From assembly GCA_963751065.1 (NCBI GenBank), contig CAVVTD010000008.1, positions 4,764-68,763 on the forward strand: a stretch of DNA of 64,000 nt. Reading direction: 5' to 3'. Of this stretch, positions 9,458-20,305 are shown in pieces. Origin of the DNA: an uncultured Actinomycetes bacterium. Lineage in GTDB: Bacteria; Actinomycetota; Thermoleophilia; Solirubrobacterales; Solirubrobacteraceae. Made by a program: the position numbers and the translations under genes. The stretch's first letter is position 1; each line of letters begins with the position of its first letter. The notes under the pieces were generated by a model, which saw only the letters and a program-made list of their open reading frames with translations, was not told the origin of the DNA and searched no databases.

Positions 9458-10022
9458 CGGGCGGGATGTCCGGGGTCACGCCGCCGCCGGGCGAGATCGG
9501 CGGCGGTGGCGAGGCGGCGGGCGGCGGCTCGGGGGTGACGGGCGGCGGCGGTACGGGCGTCGTCGCGACCGGCGGCGGGGGCGGGGGCGGAGGCGTCGTC
9601 ACGGTCGGCGCGGTCTCGGTGAACGCCGGCTCCGTCGTCGTCTCGGTCGGGATGGTCTCCGTCGGCGTCGTCTCGGTCGTGGTGGTCTGCGTCGTCTGCG
9701 TCCCGGCGTCGGGATCGCACTCGTCGACGGCGCTGGAGCGGAGCTTGTCGGCGCCGTCGCGCAGCGCGCTGACGAGCGTCGGGTCGACCGAGCCCGGCAG
9801 GTCGTCGATGCCCGAGTCGACCTGGCGCAGCTGACCGCGCACGTCCGAGCAGCGCCCGTCGTCGACGGCCTGCTTGACGTCCTCGATCTGCGACTTCAGC
9901 TCGCCCGCGCTGGCGGCCGGGATGCCGTCCTTCGTGCCGCCGCCACCGCATGCGGCGACCAGCCCGGTGCTCGCCCCGAGCGCGAGGGCCAGCAGGTAGG
10001 GGAGGGTCCGTCGCACGGTCAT
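9450..10022 (-). CDS. lipoprotein with Thr/Pro-rich low-complexity tail
   Basis: Signal/lipobox MTVRRTLPYLLALALGASTGLVAAC, then a Cys-containing helical part, then TQTTQTTTTETTPTE...PPPPPPPP. It overlaps the kinase start by 8 nt and the upstream gene by 4 nt. Confidence 0.6.
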   Translation of the reverse strand: MTVRRTLPYLLALALGASTGLVAACGGGGTKDGIPAASAGELKSQIEDVKQAVDDGRCSDVRGQLRQVDSGIDDLPGSVDPTLVSALRDGADKLRSSAVDECDPDAGTQTTQTTTTETTPTETIPTETTTEPAFTETAPTVTTPPPPPPPPVATTPVPPPPVTPEPPPAASPPPPISPGGGVTPDIPPDE

Positions 10023-10757
10023 TGACCGTATCCAAGCCGCTCGGCCAGCGAGTCGGGCAGGCGCGCGGCGCGGATCGCGGCGGCGGCGCCCGCGATGTCG
10101 TACTCGACGCGGTGCCAGCGGGCCTGCCAGCGATCGAGGTCGAGCATCATCCAGGCCGCGCGCGGATCGCCGTCGCGCGGCTGGCCGACGGAGCCGGGGT
10201 TGAGCAGCCACTCACCGGCGCTGGGGCCGACGTCGAGCGCGTCGCCGTCGCGCCGCGGCTCGCCCGTCGCGACGTCCCCCTCGGGGCGCACGAAGGACAG
10301 CGCGACGTGCGAGTGGCCGATGAGCGCGATCCGCTGCGGCTGGGTGTCGAAGCACAGCTCCGCCAGCAGCGCGCTGAGCACGTACTCCCACACGGGATCG
10401 CGCGGGCTGGCGTGGTACAGGCCGACGCCGTCCTCCTCGCCGGCCGGCTGCAGCGCCGTGAGGAACTCCATGTTCGCGTCGCTGATCGTCTCGCGCGTCC
10501 AGCGGGCGGCGATCGCGGCGCCGGTCGAGAACTCCTCCAACCCGATCGCGCCGGTGACGCCCATGTCGTGGTTGCCGGCCAGGCAGATCGCCGCGTGACG
10601 GCGCGCGAGCTCGACGCAGGCATCGGGGTCGGCGCCGTAGCCGACGAGGTCGCCCGAGGCACCACATCTCGTCGGCGCCCGCGGACTCGGCGTCGGTGAG
10701 CACCGCCTCGAAGGCGTGCCGGTTGCCGTGGATGTCGGAGATGATCGCGACCTGCAT
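10019..10757 (-). pseudogene. metallophosphoesterase (calcineurin-like), frame-broken near 10650-10655
   Basis: MQVAIISDIHGN...ADEMWCLG is in the frame of ORF 10212..10808. GDLVGYGADP, GNHD and GHSH are in the frame of ORF 10019..10864. This is one +1 break in an otherwise intact gene. Confidence 0.75.
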
Positions 10758-10774
10758 CTCGTACAGTTTCGCGC

Positions 10775-12004
10775 GTGGACCGCGGACGCCTGCGATGGGG
10801 AGCCGCAATCGTGGCGGCCGTCGTCGTCGCGGAGGTGGCGGTGGTGCTGCTGCGACCGCGCCACGGGGTGATCGAACCCGCGCCTGTGCGCACGGAATCG
10901 TACTTCAGCCCCGATCAGCTCGAGCGCGCGCGCGACTACCGGCGCCCGCAGCTGGCGCTCTACGGCGCCGTGCTGCTCACCGAGCTCGGCGTGCTCGTGC
11001 TGTTCATCCGGCGCCCGCCGCGGCGCCTGCGCGGGCCGTTCCGGCGCCCGGTGCTGGCCGGCGCGGCCGCCGGCGCGGCGCTGTCGATCGCCGTCTCGGT
11101 AGCGGTCCTGCCGTGGCAGGTCGTCTCGCGCGAGCGCGCGAAGGACGTCGGCCTGGTCACCCAGGACTGGACCGGCTACGCGCGCGACAAGTCGGTGTCA
11201 TGGGGGATCGGCGCGCTCATCGCCGGGCTCGGCGGGGCGGCGGCCGTCGGCCTCGTGCGCCGCTACCCGCGCGGCTGGTGGGTGCCCGGCACGGTGATCG
11301 TGGTGGCCTTCGGCGTCGTGACGATCTACGCCGGGCCGGTCGTCCTCGACCCGCTCTTCAACAAGTTCTCGACGCTGCCCGCCGGCCAGACGCGCGACGA
11401 CGTGCTCGAGCTCGCCGAGCGCGCCGGGGTCGACGTCGGCGACGTCTTCACGGTCGACGCCAGCCGCCGCACGACTGCCGCCAACGCCTACGTCACGGGC
11501 CTGGGCAGCACGAAGCGCGTCGTGCTCTACGACACGCTGCTGGAGAACTTCGAGCGCGACGAGGTGCGCCTCGTCGTCGCGCACGAGCTCTCCCACGTCC
11601 ACTACAACGACGTGCCCAACGGGCTGCTGTACCTCGCGATCGTCGCCCCGTTCGGGCTCTTCGCCGTCGCGCGGCTGACCGACCGGCTGGCGCCCGACGA
11701 GACCGAGCCGGGCCCGGCGCTGCTGCCCGCGCTCGCGCTCGGCCTCGTCGTGATGACGACGACGATCACGACGATCTCCAACCAGCTCAGCCGCCGCGTC
11801 GAGGCGCGCGCGGACTCCTACGCGCTGACGCTGACGGGCGAGCCCGAGCCGTTCATCGGCTTCGAGAAGGGCATCGCGCTGCGCAACCTCTCAGACCCCG
11901 ACCCGCCGGACTGGCAGACGTGGCTGCTGGCCACGCACCCGCCGACGATCGAGCGGATCGGGATCGGCGTCGCCTACGAGCGCGGCGCGCGCACGACGAA
12001 ATGA
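10775..12004 (+). CDS. M48 family metallopeptidase (Ste24/HtpX-like), membrane
   Basis: HELSHVHYND (HExxH) plus several N-terminal TM segments. The GTG start is only 17 nt from the divergent gene. Confidence 0.85.
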   Translation: MDRGRLRWGAAIVAAVVVAEVAVVLLRPRHGVIEPAPVRTESYFSPDQLERARDYRRPQLALYGAVLLTELGVLVLFIRRPPRRLRGPFRRPVLAGAAAGAALSIAVSVAVLPWQVVSRERAKDVGLVTQDWTGYARDKSVSWGIGALIAGLGGAAAVGLVRRYPRGWWVPGTVIVVAFGVVTIYAGPVVLDPLFNKFSTLPAGQTRDDVLELAERAGVDVGDVFTVDASRRTTAANAYVTGLGSTKRVVLYDTLLENFERDEVRLVVAHELSHVHYNDVPNGLLYLAIVAPFGLFAVARLTDRLAPDETEPGPALLPALALGLVVMTTTITTISNQLSRRVEARADSYALTLTGEPEPFIGFEKGIALRNLSDPDPPDWQTWLLATHPPTIERIGIGVAYERGARTTK

Positions 12005-12008
12005 ACGG

Positions 12009-12203
12009 TCAGCCGTGGACTTGCGGGACCGTGATGCGGCCCGGCGCGTCGCGCCGCCCGAGCGCGTAGAGCCACAGCGCGTCGTGCTCCTCGCGCGGCA
12101 GGTTCGCCGGGTCGATCAGGTCGTGCTCGATGTCGTCCATGCCGATGCCCTGGGCAGCGGCATGCTCGATCAGCCGTCGTAGCTGTGGGTCGATGCTCTC
12201 CAT
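12009..12203 (-). CDS. hypothetical small protein
   Basis: 64-aa protein-like segment (MESIDPQLRRLIEHAAAQGIGMDDIEHDL...) at the 3' end of ORF 12009..12374. No motif recognised. Confidence 0.35.
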   Translation of the reverse strand: MESIDPQLRRLIEHAAAQGIGMDDIEHDLIDPANLPREEHDALWLYALGRRDAPGRITVPQVHG

Positions 12204-12273
12204 TGCCTGCGACAGCGTGGCGCAGGTGGGCGCCGCCCGCAAGCGACAACCCTGTCTCTTCACAAGAAGCGCG

Positions 12274-12591
12274 CTACGCGTCGTCGCTGGGCGCCGCGGG
12301 CCCGCCGCCGAACTCCGGCAGATTCTTGATGCCCTCGCGCGTGCGGTACTTCGAGTAGGAGTCCTCCAGGGCATCAGCCAACTCCCGCATGAACTTCGGC
12401 GAGAGGTTGACGCGCGACACGACGACGCCGGGGATCTCCTCGGAGTCGATCTCGTGGTCGACGCGCGCGAACGTGATCGTGAACTCGTAATCGGAAAACG
12501 AGACGTTCGCGAAGTTCGCGTAGACGCCGCCCATCATCTCGGGCGAGAAGTGGATGTTGATGTGGCGCTCGGCTTCGTCTTCTTGGGCCAT
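12274..12591 (-). CDS. DUF3467 domain protein
   Basis: The sequence HINIHFSPEMMGGVYANFANVSFSDYEFTITFARVD matches my memory of the DUF3467 family. Confidence 0.7.
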   Translation of the reverse strand: MAQEDEAERHINIHFSPEMMGGVYANFANVSFSDYEFTITFARVDHEIDSEEIPGVVVSRVNLSPKFMRELADALEDSYSKYRTREGIKNLPEFGGGPAAPSDDA

Positions 12592-12610
12592 GCCTGCCTA
12601 GTATCGCACC

Positions 12611-13018
12611 GTGCGCATCATCGTTCTCGCCGTCGGGCGCTTACGCCCGCCGTACGCGGACGACGTCCAGCACTACATGAAGCTGCTCGCGCGTCATGCG
12701 CGCGTCGAGATGATCGAGGTCCGCCAGGAGGAACGCGTCGGCGCGCGCATCCCCGAGCGCGCCTACGTGTCGCTGCTCGCCCGCGAGGGAGAGCAGTTCG
12801 ACTCGCTGTCGTTCGCGCGCTTCCTCGAGGACCGCCGCCAGGCCGGGCGCGACGTGTGCTTCGTCATCGGCGGCCACCTCGGACTGGAGATCGACAACGT
12901 CGAGCACCGCTTCTCGCTCGGCCCGCTCACGCTGCCTCACCAGCTGGCGCGCGTCGTCCTGCTCGAGCAGCTCTACCGCGGGCACAAGATCCTCGCGGGG
13001 GAGCCGTACCACTACTGA
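12611..13018 (+). CDS. rlmH: 23S rRNA (pseudouridine1915-N3)-methyltransferase
   Basis: 135-aa SPOUT protein with the characteristic C-terminus: FVIGGHLGL, LSLGPLTLPHQLARVVLLEQLYR, GEPYH. Confidence 0.9.
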   Translation: MRIIVLAVGRLRPPYADDVQHYMKLLARHARVEMIEVRQEERVGARIPERAYVSLLAREGEQFDSLSFARFLEDRRQAGRDVCFVIGGHLGLEIDNVEHRFSLGPLTLPHQLARVVLLEQLYRGHKILAGEPYHY

Positions 13019-13049
13019 CGCGCTGGCGCGCCGGCTACGCTCAAAGCCC

Positions 13050-14689
13050 ATGTCCGCTCCGCTCTCAGATCTGCGCGACGCCGTCGCCGCCGCCTCCGGC
13101 GCGGTCGCCGGCGGCGACGGCCACGCCTCGGCGCTGCCCACGCTCGAGCGCCCGAAGAAGGCCGGCTTCGGCGACTACGCCACGAACGCCGCGATGCTGC
13201 TCGCGCCGCGCGCCGGCGTCGCCGCCCCGCGAGGTCGCCGGCCGGCTCGCCGAGGAGCTCGAGCGGCGCCTCGGCGACGTCGCTCGAACGCATCGAGATC
13301 GCCGGGCCCGGCTTCCTGAACCTCTTCATGTCCGACGCCTGGTGCGTCGCCGCGCTCGGCCACGTGCTCGCGGCCGGCGACAGCTTCGGCGGGGGCGGCG
13401 CCGATCCGGCCGAGAAGGTCAACGTCGAGTTCGTCTCGGCCAACCCGACCGGGCCGATGACCGCCGCCGGCGCCCGCCATGCCGCCTACGGCGACTCGCT
13501 GGCCCGGCTGCTCGAGTTCAGCGGCCACGCGGTGACGCGGGAGTACTACATCAACGACATCGGCGGCCAGGTGCAGCGGCTCGGCGCGTCGATCCGGGCC
13601 CGGGCCCGCGGCGAGGACGTCCCCGAGGGCGGCTACGAGGGCGACTACGTGCGCGAGCTGGCCGAGCGGATCCCCGGCGCCGGCGACGACGATCTGCAGG
13701 TCGTGGCCGAGCGCGGCATCTCGCTGCTGCTCGAGAAGATCCGCGCGTCGATGCACGCGATCGGCGTCGACTTCGACGTCTGGTTCTCCGAGGCGACGCT
13801 GCACGCCGGCGAGGCGTCGAAGGTCGACCACGCCTTCGAAGCGCTCGCGGCGCGCGGCGAGACGTACCGCTCGGAGGGCGCGCTGTGGCTGCGCACGAGC
13901 GCGCACGGCGAGCCGAAGGACGACGTCCTCGTGCGCTCGACCGGCGAGCCCTCCTACTACGCGTCGGACATCGCCTACCACCTCGACAAGCGCGAGCGCG
14001 GCTTCGACCGGCTCATCGACGTCTGGGGCGCCGATCATCACGGCCACGTCGCGCGTATGCAGGCGGCCTTCGAGGCGCTCGGCCACCCCAGGGACGCGCT
14101 CGAGCTCATCGTCATGCAGTTCGTGAACATCGTCGAGCGCGGCGAGCGCTCGAAGATGTCCAAGCGCCGCGGCGAGTTCGTGACGCTCGACGACCTTCTG
14201 TCGCAGATCGGCGTCGACGCCACGCGCTTCTTCATGGTGCAGCGCTCGCACGACACGATGATCGATCTCGACATCGACCTCGCCCGCGAGCAGTCCAGCG
14301 ACAACCCGGTCTTCTACGTCCAGTACGCCCACGCGCGGATCGCCTCGATCCTCGCCAAGGCGGGCGGCGGCGGGCGCGTCCCCGCAGCGCTTGTGGAGGC
14401 GCCCGGCTACGGCGGCGCGCTCGAGCCCGCCGAGCGCGCGCTCGTCAAGAAGCTGCTGGCGTTCCCCGACGAGGTCGCCGAGGCGACCGAGCGCCGCGCG
14501 CCGCACCGCATCGCGGCCTACGCGCTCGAGCTCGCGCAGACGTTCACGGCGTTCTACCGCGACTGCCAGGTCGTCGGCGCCGAGGGCGAGGGCGTGGAGT
14601 CCTTCCGCCTGGCGCTGAGCGCGGCGACGAAGCGGACGATCGCCCGGGCACTCGACCTGCTCGGGGTCAGCGCGCCGAACAAGATGTAG
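13050..14689 (+). pseudogene. argS: arginine--tRNA ligase, two +1 frame breaks near 13221-13230 and 13280-13290
   Basis: The N-terminus (MSAPLSDLRD...NAAMLLAPRAG) is in frame 0 and PREVAGRLAEELERRLGDV is in frame 1. ERIEIAGPGFLNLF and the rest are in the frame of ORF 13328..14689. Blocks SANPTGP, ADHHGHV and KMSKRRG are present, and the C-terminus has the anticodon-binding-like signature. Confidence 0.9.
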
Positions 14690-14702
14690 GCCGAGCGGGC
14701 GG

Positions 14703-15206
14703 TTACGCGTCGTAGCGCGCGAGGTCGGCGTCCAGGCGCGCGGCGTCGTCGTCGCTGAGTTCGCGCGCGCCGTCCGCACCGTCCGCGTCCGCGGCGCGGC
14801 CGTCGGCGCTCGCCATCCCCGTCGCCTCGCGCCGCCGCCAGCGCGGCACGAGCAGCGCGAGCGCGGCGACGACGATCGCCCCGAGCGCGAGCGGGATCAC
14901 GTACGCGGTGATCCCGACACCCTCGCTCTCGGGCAGCGCAAGCACGTCGGGGCCGTACTCGGCGACGAGCGTCGTCTTGATCTCGTCCTTCGTCCTGCCC
15001 TCGGCGATGAGCTCACGGATGCGGTCGCGCTGGCTCTCGGGCTGCGCGCCCTCGGCGATGTTCAGCGGGACCTTGCACGTGACGCACATGACCTCGTCCT
15101 CGAGGTCGACGAGGTCGGCCTTGGGCGAGGCCGCGGCGGCGGCCGCTGCCGCCGCCGGCAGGAGAAGGGCGAACAGAAGCGCCGCGAGGAAGACGACGCG
15201 CCGCAT
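14703..15206 (-). CDS. ccmH: cytochrome c-type biogenesis protein CcmH/NrfF family
   Basis: Signal-like N-terminus, CXXC (VMCVTCKV), then RIRELIAEGRTKDEIKTTLVAEYGPDVL and a C-terminal TM helix. The start shares 1 nt with the upstream stop (TGATG). Confidence 0.8.
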   Translation of the reverse strand: MRRVVFLAALLFALLLPAAAAAAAAASPKADLVDLEDEVMCVTCKVPLNIAEGAQPESQRDRIRELIAEGRTKDEIKTTLVAEYGPDVLALPESEGVGITAYVIPLALGAIVVAALALLVPRWRRREATGMASADGRAADADGADGARELSDDDAARLDADLARYDA

Positions 15207-15755
15207 CAGAGGACCTTGCCGAGCGCGGCCCTGACCCACGCGTCGTCGATCGGGCCGCGGCGCAGCGCGACGATCCGGCCCTGGCGGTCGATGAGGAACG
15301 TCTCCGGCACGCCGGTGGTGTCATAGCGCTTGCCCAGCTCCGAGCCGACGTCGCGGACGCTCGGGAAGCCGATGTTGTGCTTGGCGACGAAGCGCAGCGA
15401 GGCCGGGGGAGAGTCGTCGACCGTGACGCCGAGCACCGAGCCGGCGTCGGCGGCCGCGAGCTGGCGCTGGGCGCGCTCGAGCACCGGCGCCTCGTCGCGG
15501 CACGGGATGCACCACGAGGCCCAGAAGTTCAGCAGGACGACCTGTCCGCGCAGGTCGGCGACCGAGGTCGTCTCCTCGCTTCCGAGCACCGGCATCGTGC
15601 GGCTCGGCGCGGGCGGGAAGCTTTCCGTCGGCCACGGCCTGGGCGAGCGAGTCGCTCGTCGAGCGCGAGGCGAGCCCGTAGGCGAGCAGGCCGACGAGCG
15701 CGACCGCGACGAGACCCGCGACGATGGGGATGATCAGGCGCTTCATTCGGGGCAT
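15206..15755 (-). pseudogene. TlpA/ResA/CcmG-like thiol:disulfide oxidoreductase, frame-broken near 15605-15615
   Basis: The N-terminal TM anchor (MKRLIIPIVAGLVAVALVGLLAY...DGKLPA) is in the frame of ORF 15321..15755. The thioredoxin fold with WASWCIPC is in the frame of ORF 15206..15595. This is a single +1 break. Confidence 0.75.
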
Positions 15756-15815
15756 GGAGCCTAGTGTTCCGCCCGCGCAACGATCCCCGGCAGCCGACTA
15801 GAATCGGCGGTCGGC

Positions 15816-15888
15816 GCGGACGTAGCTCAGTTGGTAGAGCGCGAGCTTCCCAAGCTCGAGGTCGCGGGTTCGAAGCCCGTCGTCCGCT
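15816..15888 (+). tRNA. tRNA-Gly (anticodon CCC)
   Basis: The hand-folded cloverleaf is consistent. The acceptor GCGGACG/CGTCCGC is perfect, the D arm is GCTC-AGTTGGTA-GAGC, and the anticodon arm is CGAGC-TTCCCAA-GCTCG. The T arm is GCGGG-TTCGAAG-CCCGT. Length 73 nt, no encoded CCA. Confidence 0.9.
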
Positions 15889-15952
15889 TGCCCGCCTCAC
15901 CGCGCCGGCCGGGTGGTCGCCGGGCCGCGCGGGCGTTATCCTCGCGCCGCGG

Positions 15953-16426
15953 ATGGCGGCCTACAGCTTCCTCACCACCTGGTGCGTCGACGCACCGATC
16001 CAGGACGTCTGGGACGTCATCTCGGCGAGCGACCGCTATCCGGAGTGGTGGAAGGGCGTGCGCAAGGTCGAGGAGCTCGAGCCCGGCGGTGAGCACGGCC
16101 TCGGCGCCCTGCAGCGTTTCGAATGGCGCAGCAAGCTGCCCTACTCGCTGGAGTTCGACATGCGCGTGACGCGCTCCGAGCCGCCCTATCTGCTCGAAGG
16201 CCACGCGAGCGGCGAGCTCGTGGGCGTCGGGATCTGGCGCCTGTACGAGGGTTCGGCGGGCACCGCGGTGGTCTACAGCTGGGACGTTTCGACGACGCGG
16301 GCATGGATGAATCGCCTGTCGCGGTTGGCCAGGCCGGCCTTCGCCTGGAACCACGACTACGTCATGCGTCAGGGGGCGATCGGGCTGGCCCAGCGGCTCG
16401 GCGCCGAGCTCGTCGCGCAAAACTGA
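15953..16426 (+). CDS. SRPBCC (START/polyketide cyclase-like) family protein
   Basis: 157 aa: MAAYSFLTTWCVDAPIQDVWDVISASDRYPEWWKGV...; this is the typical SRPBCC N-terminal pattern as I remember it. Confidence 0.65.
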   Translation: MAAYSFLTTWCVDAPIQDVWDVISASDRYPEWWKGVRKVEELEPGGEHGLGALQRFEWRSKLPYSLEFDMRVTRSEPPYLLEGHASGELVGVGIWRLYEGSAGTAVVYSWDVSTTRAWMNRLSRLARPAFAWNHDYVMRQGAIGLAQRLGAELVAQN

Positions 16427-16548
16427 ACGCCGGCGTTTCGCTTAAACCTTCCTAAGCCTGGATAAGAACTTCCCAAAATGCTGGACAGAGCGGCCCCCCG
16501 GCCTCACCATCCAGCGTCAACGCGCCGACCGTCTGAAGCGAGGGCACC

Positions 16549-16962
16549 ATGGTTGCTGTGCAAAGTGCAGGTCCATACCTCTTCGAGCTCACGCACGAGG
16601 ACACAAAGATCGAGTACATCCCCGGCTCGGTAGACGGGCGGCCCAAGCTCAACTACTCGGGCCCCATGGGCCGCTACAGCTTCGAGGGCGACGAGATCGA
16701 GACCCGCCCGGGCGCGCGTGGTCTGGAGATCAGCGTCACGCTCGACCGCGTCTCGCACCTGCGCACGAACACGCTGACCTTCTTCGTCCCGGACATCGAG
16801 CTCGACGACAGCGATGAGTTGCCGTTCCGCACGGTCGGCATGCACTCCACGCGCCGGCGCGGCATCACGAAGGCAGGCGAGGCGTTGTCCTCCGAGCCGC
16901 TCGAGTTCGAGGGCCTGGCGCGCAACTTCGCCTACCAGCAGGGCGCGACGGTTCTGCTCTGA
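16549..16962 (+). CDS. hypothetical protein
   Basis: ATG is preceded by GAGGG. The 137-aa sequence has diverse composition and lower GC than its neighbours. No motif recognised. Confidence 0.5.
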   Translation: MVAVQSAGPYLFELTHEDTKIEYIPGSVDGRPKLNYSGPMGRYSFEGDEIETRPGARGLEISVTLDRVSHLRTNTLTFFVPDIELDDSDELPFRTVGMHSTRRRGITKAGEALSSEPLEFEGLARNFAYQQGATVLL

Positions 16963-16978
16963 CCCGGCGCGGTCTGGG

Positions 16979-17221
16979 CTACCAGGCCTGCGTCGTGTCG
17001 CAATGCGGGCAGTGCACCGACGTCGACACGGGCGCCAGGAATACGTAGCCGCAGGCGCAGGAGTAGCACGCGCGATCGTCCGGTCCGCCGGCGTCGCGCA
17101 TGCGCCGCTCGGCCGGGTGCATCGGCTCCGGCAGGGGGTCGGGCTCGGGCACGACGTGCAGGCGCCGCCCGCTCGGGGACTTGTGGGTGAACGGCAGGGA
17201 TCTGATGGTCATGGGGGGCAT
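16979..17221 (-). CDS. hypothetical zinc-ribbon protein
   Basis: C-terminal CxxC..(17)..CxxC (CYSCACGYVFLAPVSTSVHCPHC). The start is uncertain (ATG at 17221 or 17212). Confidence 0.4.
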   Translation of the reverse strand: MPPMTIRSLPFTHKSPSGRRLHVVPEPDPLPEPMHPAERRMRDAGGPDDRACYSCACGYVFLAPVSTSVHCPHCDTTQAW

Positions 17222-17351
17222 GGGTCTATCGACAAGGACTCCTGAGCTCCCCAAAGGTTTCTGTCTGCACCGGACATTTCCTCGTTCGGGCGCCGCGACG
17301 TCCGCGCACCGGCTCGGTTGACCTGCGCGGAATGCGATACTTGCGACCGCC

Positions 17352-17759
17352 GTGCCGCCCGCCCGCAAACGCAAGATCCGCCTCGTCGTCGCGCTCTCCG
17401 CCGCCGTCCTGCTGGCCTGTGCGCTCGTCTACACCAGCGTGCTGAACTCCAGCGAGGCCGTCACGCCGAGCGATCTCGCGACGGCCACGGCGGGGACGTC
17501 CTACCAGCTCACCGGCAAGGTCGTCGACGACTCGGTGCGCAACACGTCCAGCGGCGTGGACTTCCGCGTGCGCGACCGCGAGGGCACCACCTCCGTGCCG
17601 GTCAGCTACAGCGGCGCGGTTCCCGATCCGTTCCGCGAGGGCCGCGAGGTCATCGTCACCGTGCGCAAGCAGGGCGACACGTTCGTCGGCGAGCGCGACT
17701 CGCTCGTCACGAAATGCCCCTCGAAGTTCACCGAAGACGCCACGCAGCGCTCCTCCTGA
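17352..17759 (+). CDS. ccmE: cytochrome c maturation heme chaperone CcmE, Cys-type variant
   Basis: N-terminal TM anchor, OB-fold-like core (YQLTGKVVDDSV...FRVRD...VPVSYSGAVPDPFREGREVIV) and a C-terminal tail LVTKCPSKF. Canonical CcmE has H-x-x-x-Y at this point. Confidence 0.8.
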   Translation: MPPARKRKIRLVVALSAAVLLACALVYTSVLNSSEAVTPSDLATATAGTSYQLTGKVVDDSVRNTSSGVDFRVRDREGTTSVPVSYSGAVPDPFREGREVIVTVRKQGDTFVGERDSLVTKCPSKFTEDATQRSS

Positions 17760-17771
17760 GGAGCTGACCTG

Positions 17772-19967
<2,196 letters not shown>

Positions 19968-19976
19968 GCGGCGCCT

Positions 19977-20291
19977 GTGGACATCCTCGCCCTGCTGGTC
20001 ATCTTCGCCGCGCTGGCGGCCGTCGTCGCGCTCGTCGCGTGGCCCCTGCGCGGCGGCGTGCGCGAGCGCGTGCGCCACGAGGCGGCCGACCGGGTCGCCG
20101 AGCTCGAGGCGCGCAAGGAGGCCAAGTACCGCGAGATCCGCGACGCGGAGATGGACCTGCGCACCGGCAAGCTCTCGGCCGAGGACCACCGCGTGCTCGA
20201 TCGCCAGCTGCGCGCCGAGGCGGTCGTGATCCTCAAGGCGCTCGACGAGGCCGGCGGCGAGCCCGAGCCGGCCGATGCGGACCGGACCTGA
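19977..20291 (+). CDS. hypothetical membrane-anchored coiled-coil protein (possible Ccm accessory, unverified)
   Basis: GTG start 10 nt after the ccmF stop. It has one N-terminal TM helix, then a charged helical region. Confidence 0.45.
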   Translation: MDILALLVIFAALAAVVALVAWPLRGGVRERVRHEAADRVAELEARKEAKYREIRDAEMDLRTGKLSAEDHRVLDRQLRAEAVVILKALDEAGGEPEPADADRT

Positions 20292-20305
20292 GGTAATCTG
20301 ACCGC

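Noticed and set aside
9470-9720. Tandem DNA repeat or VNTR
   Set aside because: The periodicity comes from coding low-complexity Thr/Glu/Pro sequence (TETTPTETIPTETTTEP, PPPPPPPP) in the lipoprotein tail. It is imperfect at the DNA level.
2080-15620. Programmed +1 ribosomal frameshifting as the explanation for the five frame breaks
   Set aside because: The five genes are unrelated. There is no shared slippery or stimulatory motif, and several breaks lie in G/C homopolymers. A technical artefact is the simpler explanation.
15816-17351. Integrated mobile element at tRNA-Gly
   Set aside because: I found no integrase, recombinase or phage genes and no direct repeat of the tRNA 3' end. It is kept only as a low-interest compositional observation.
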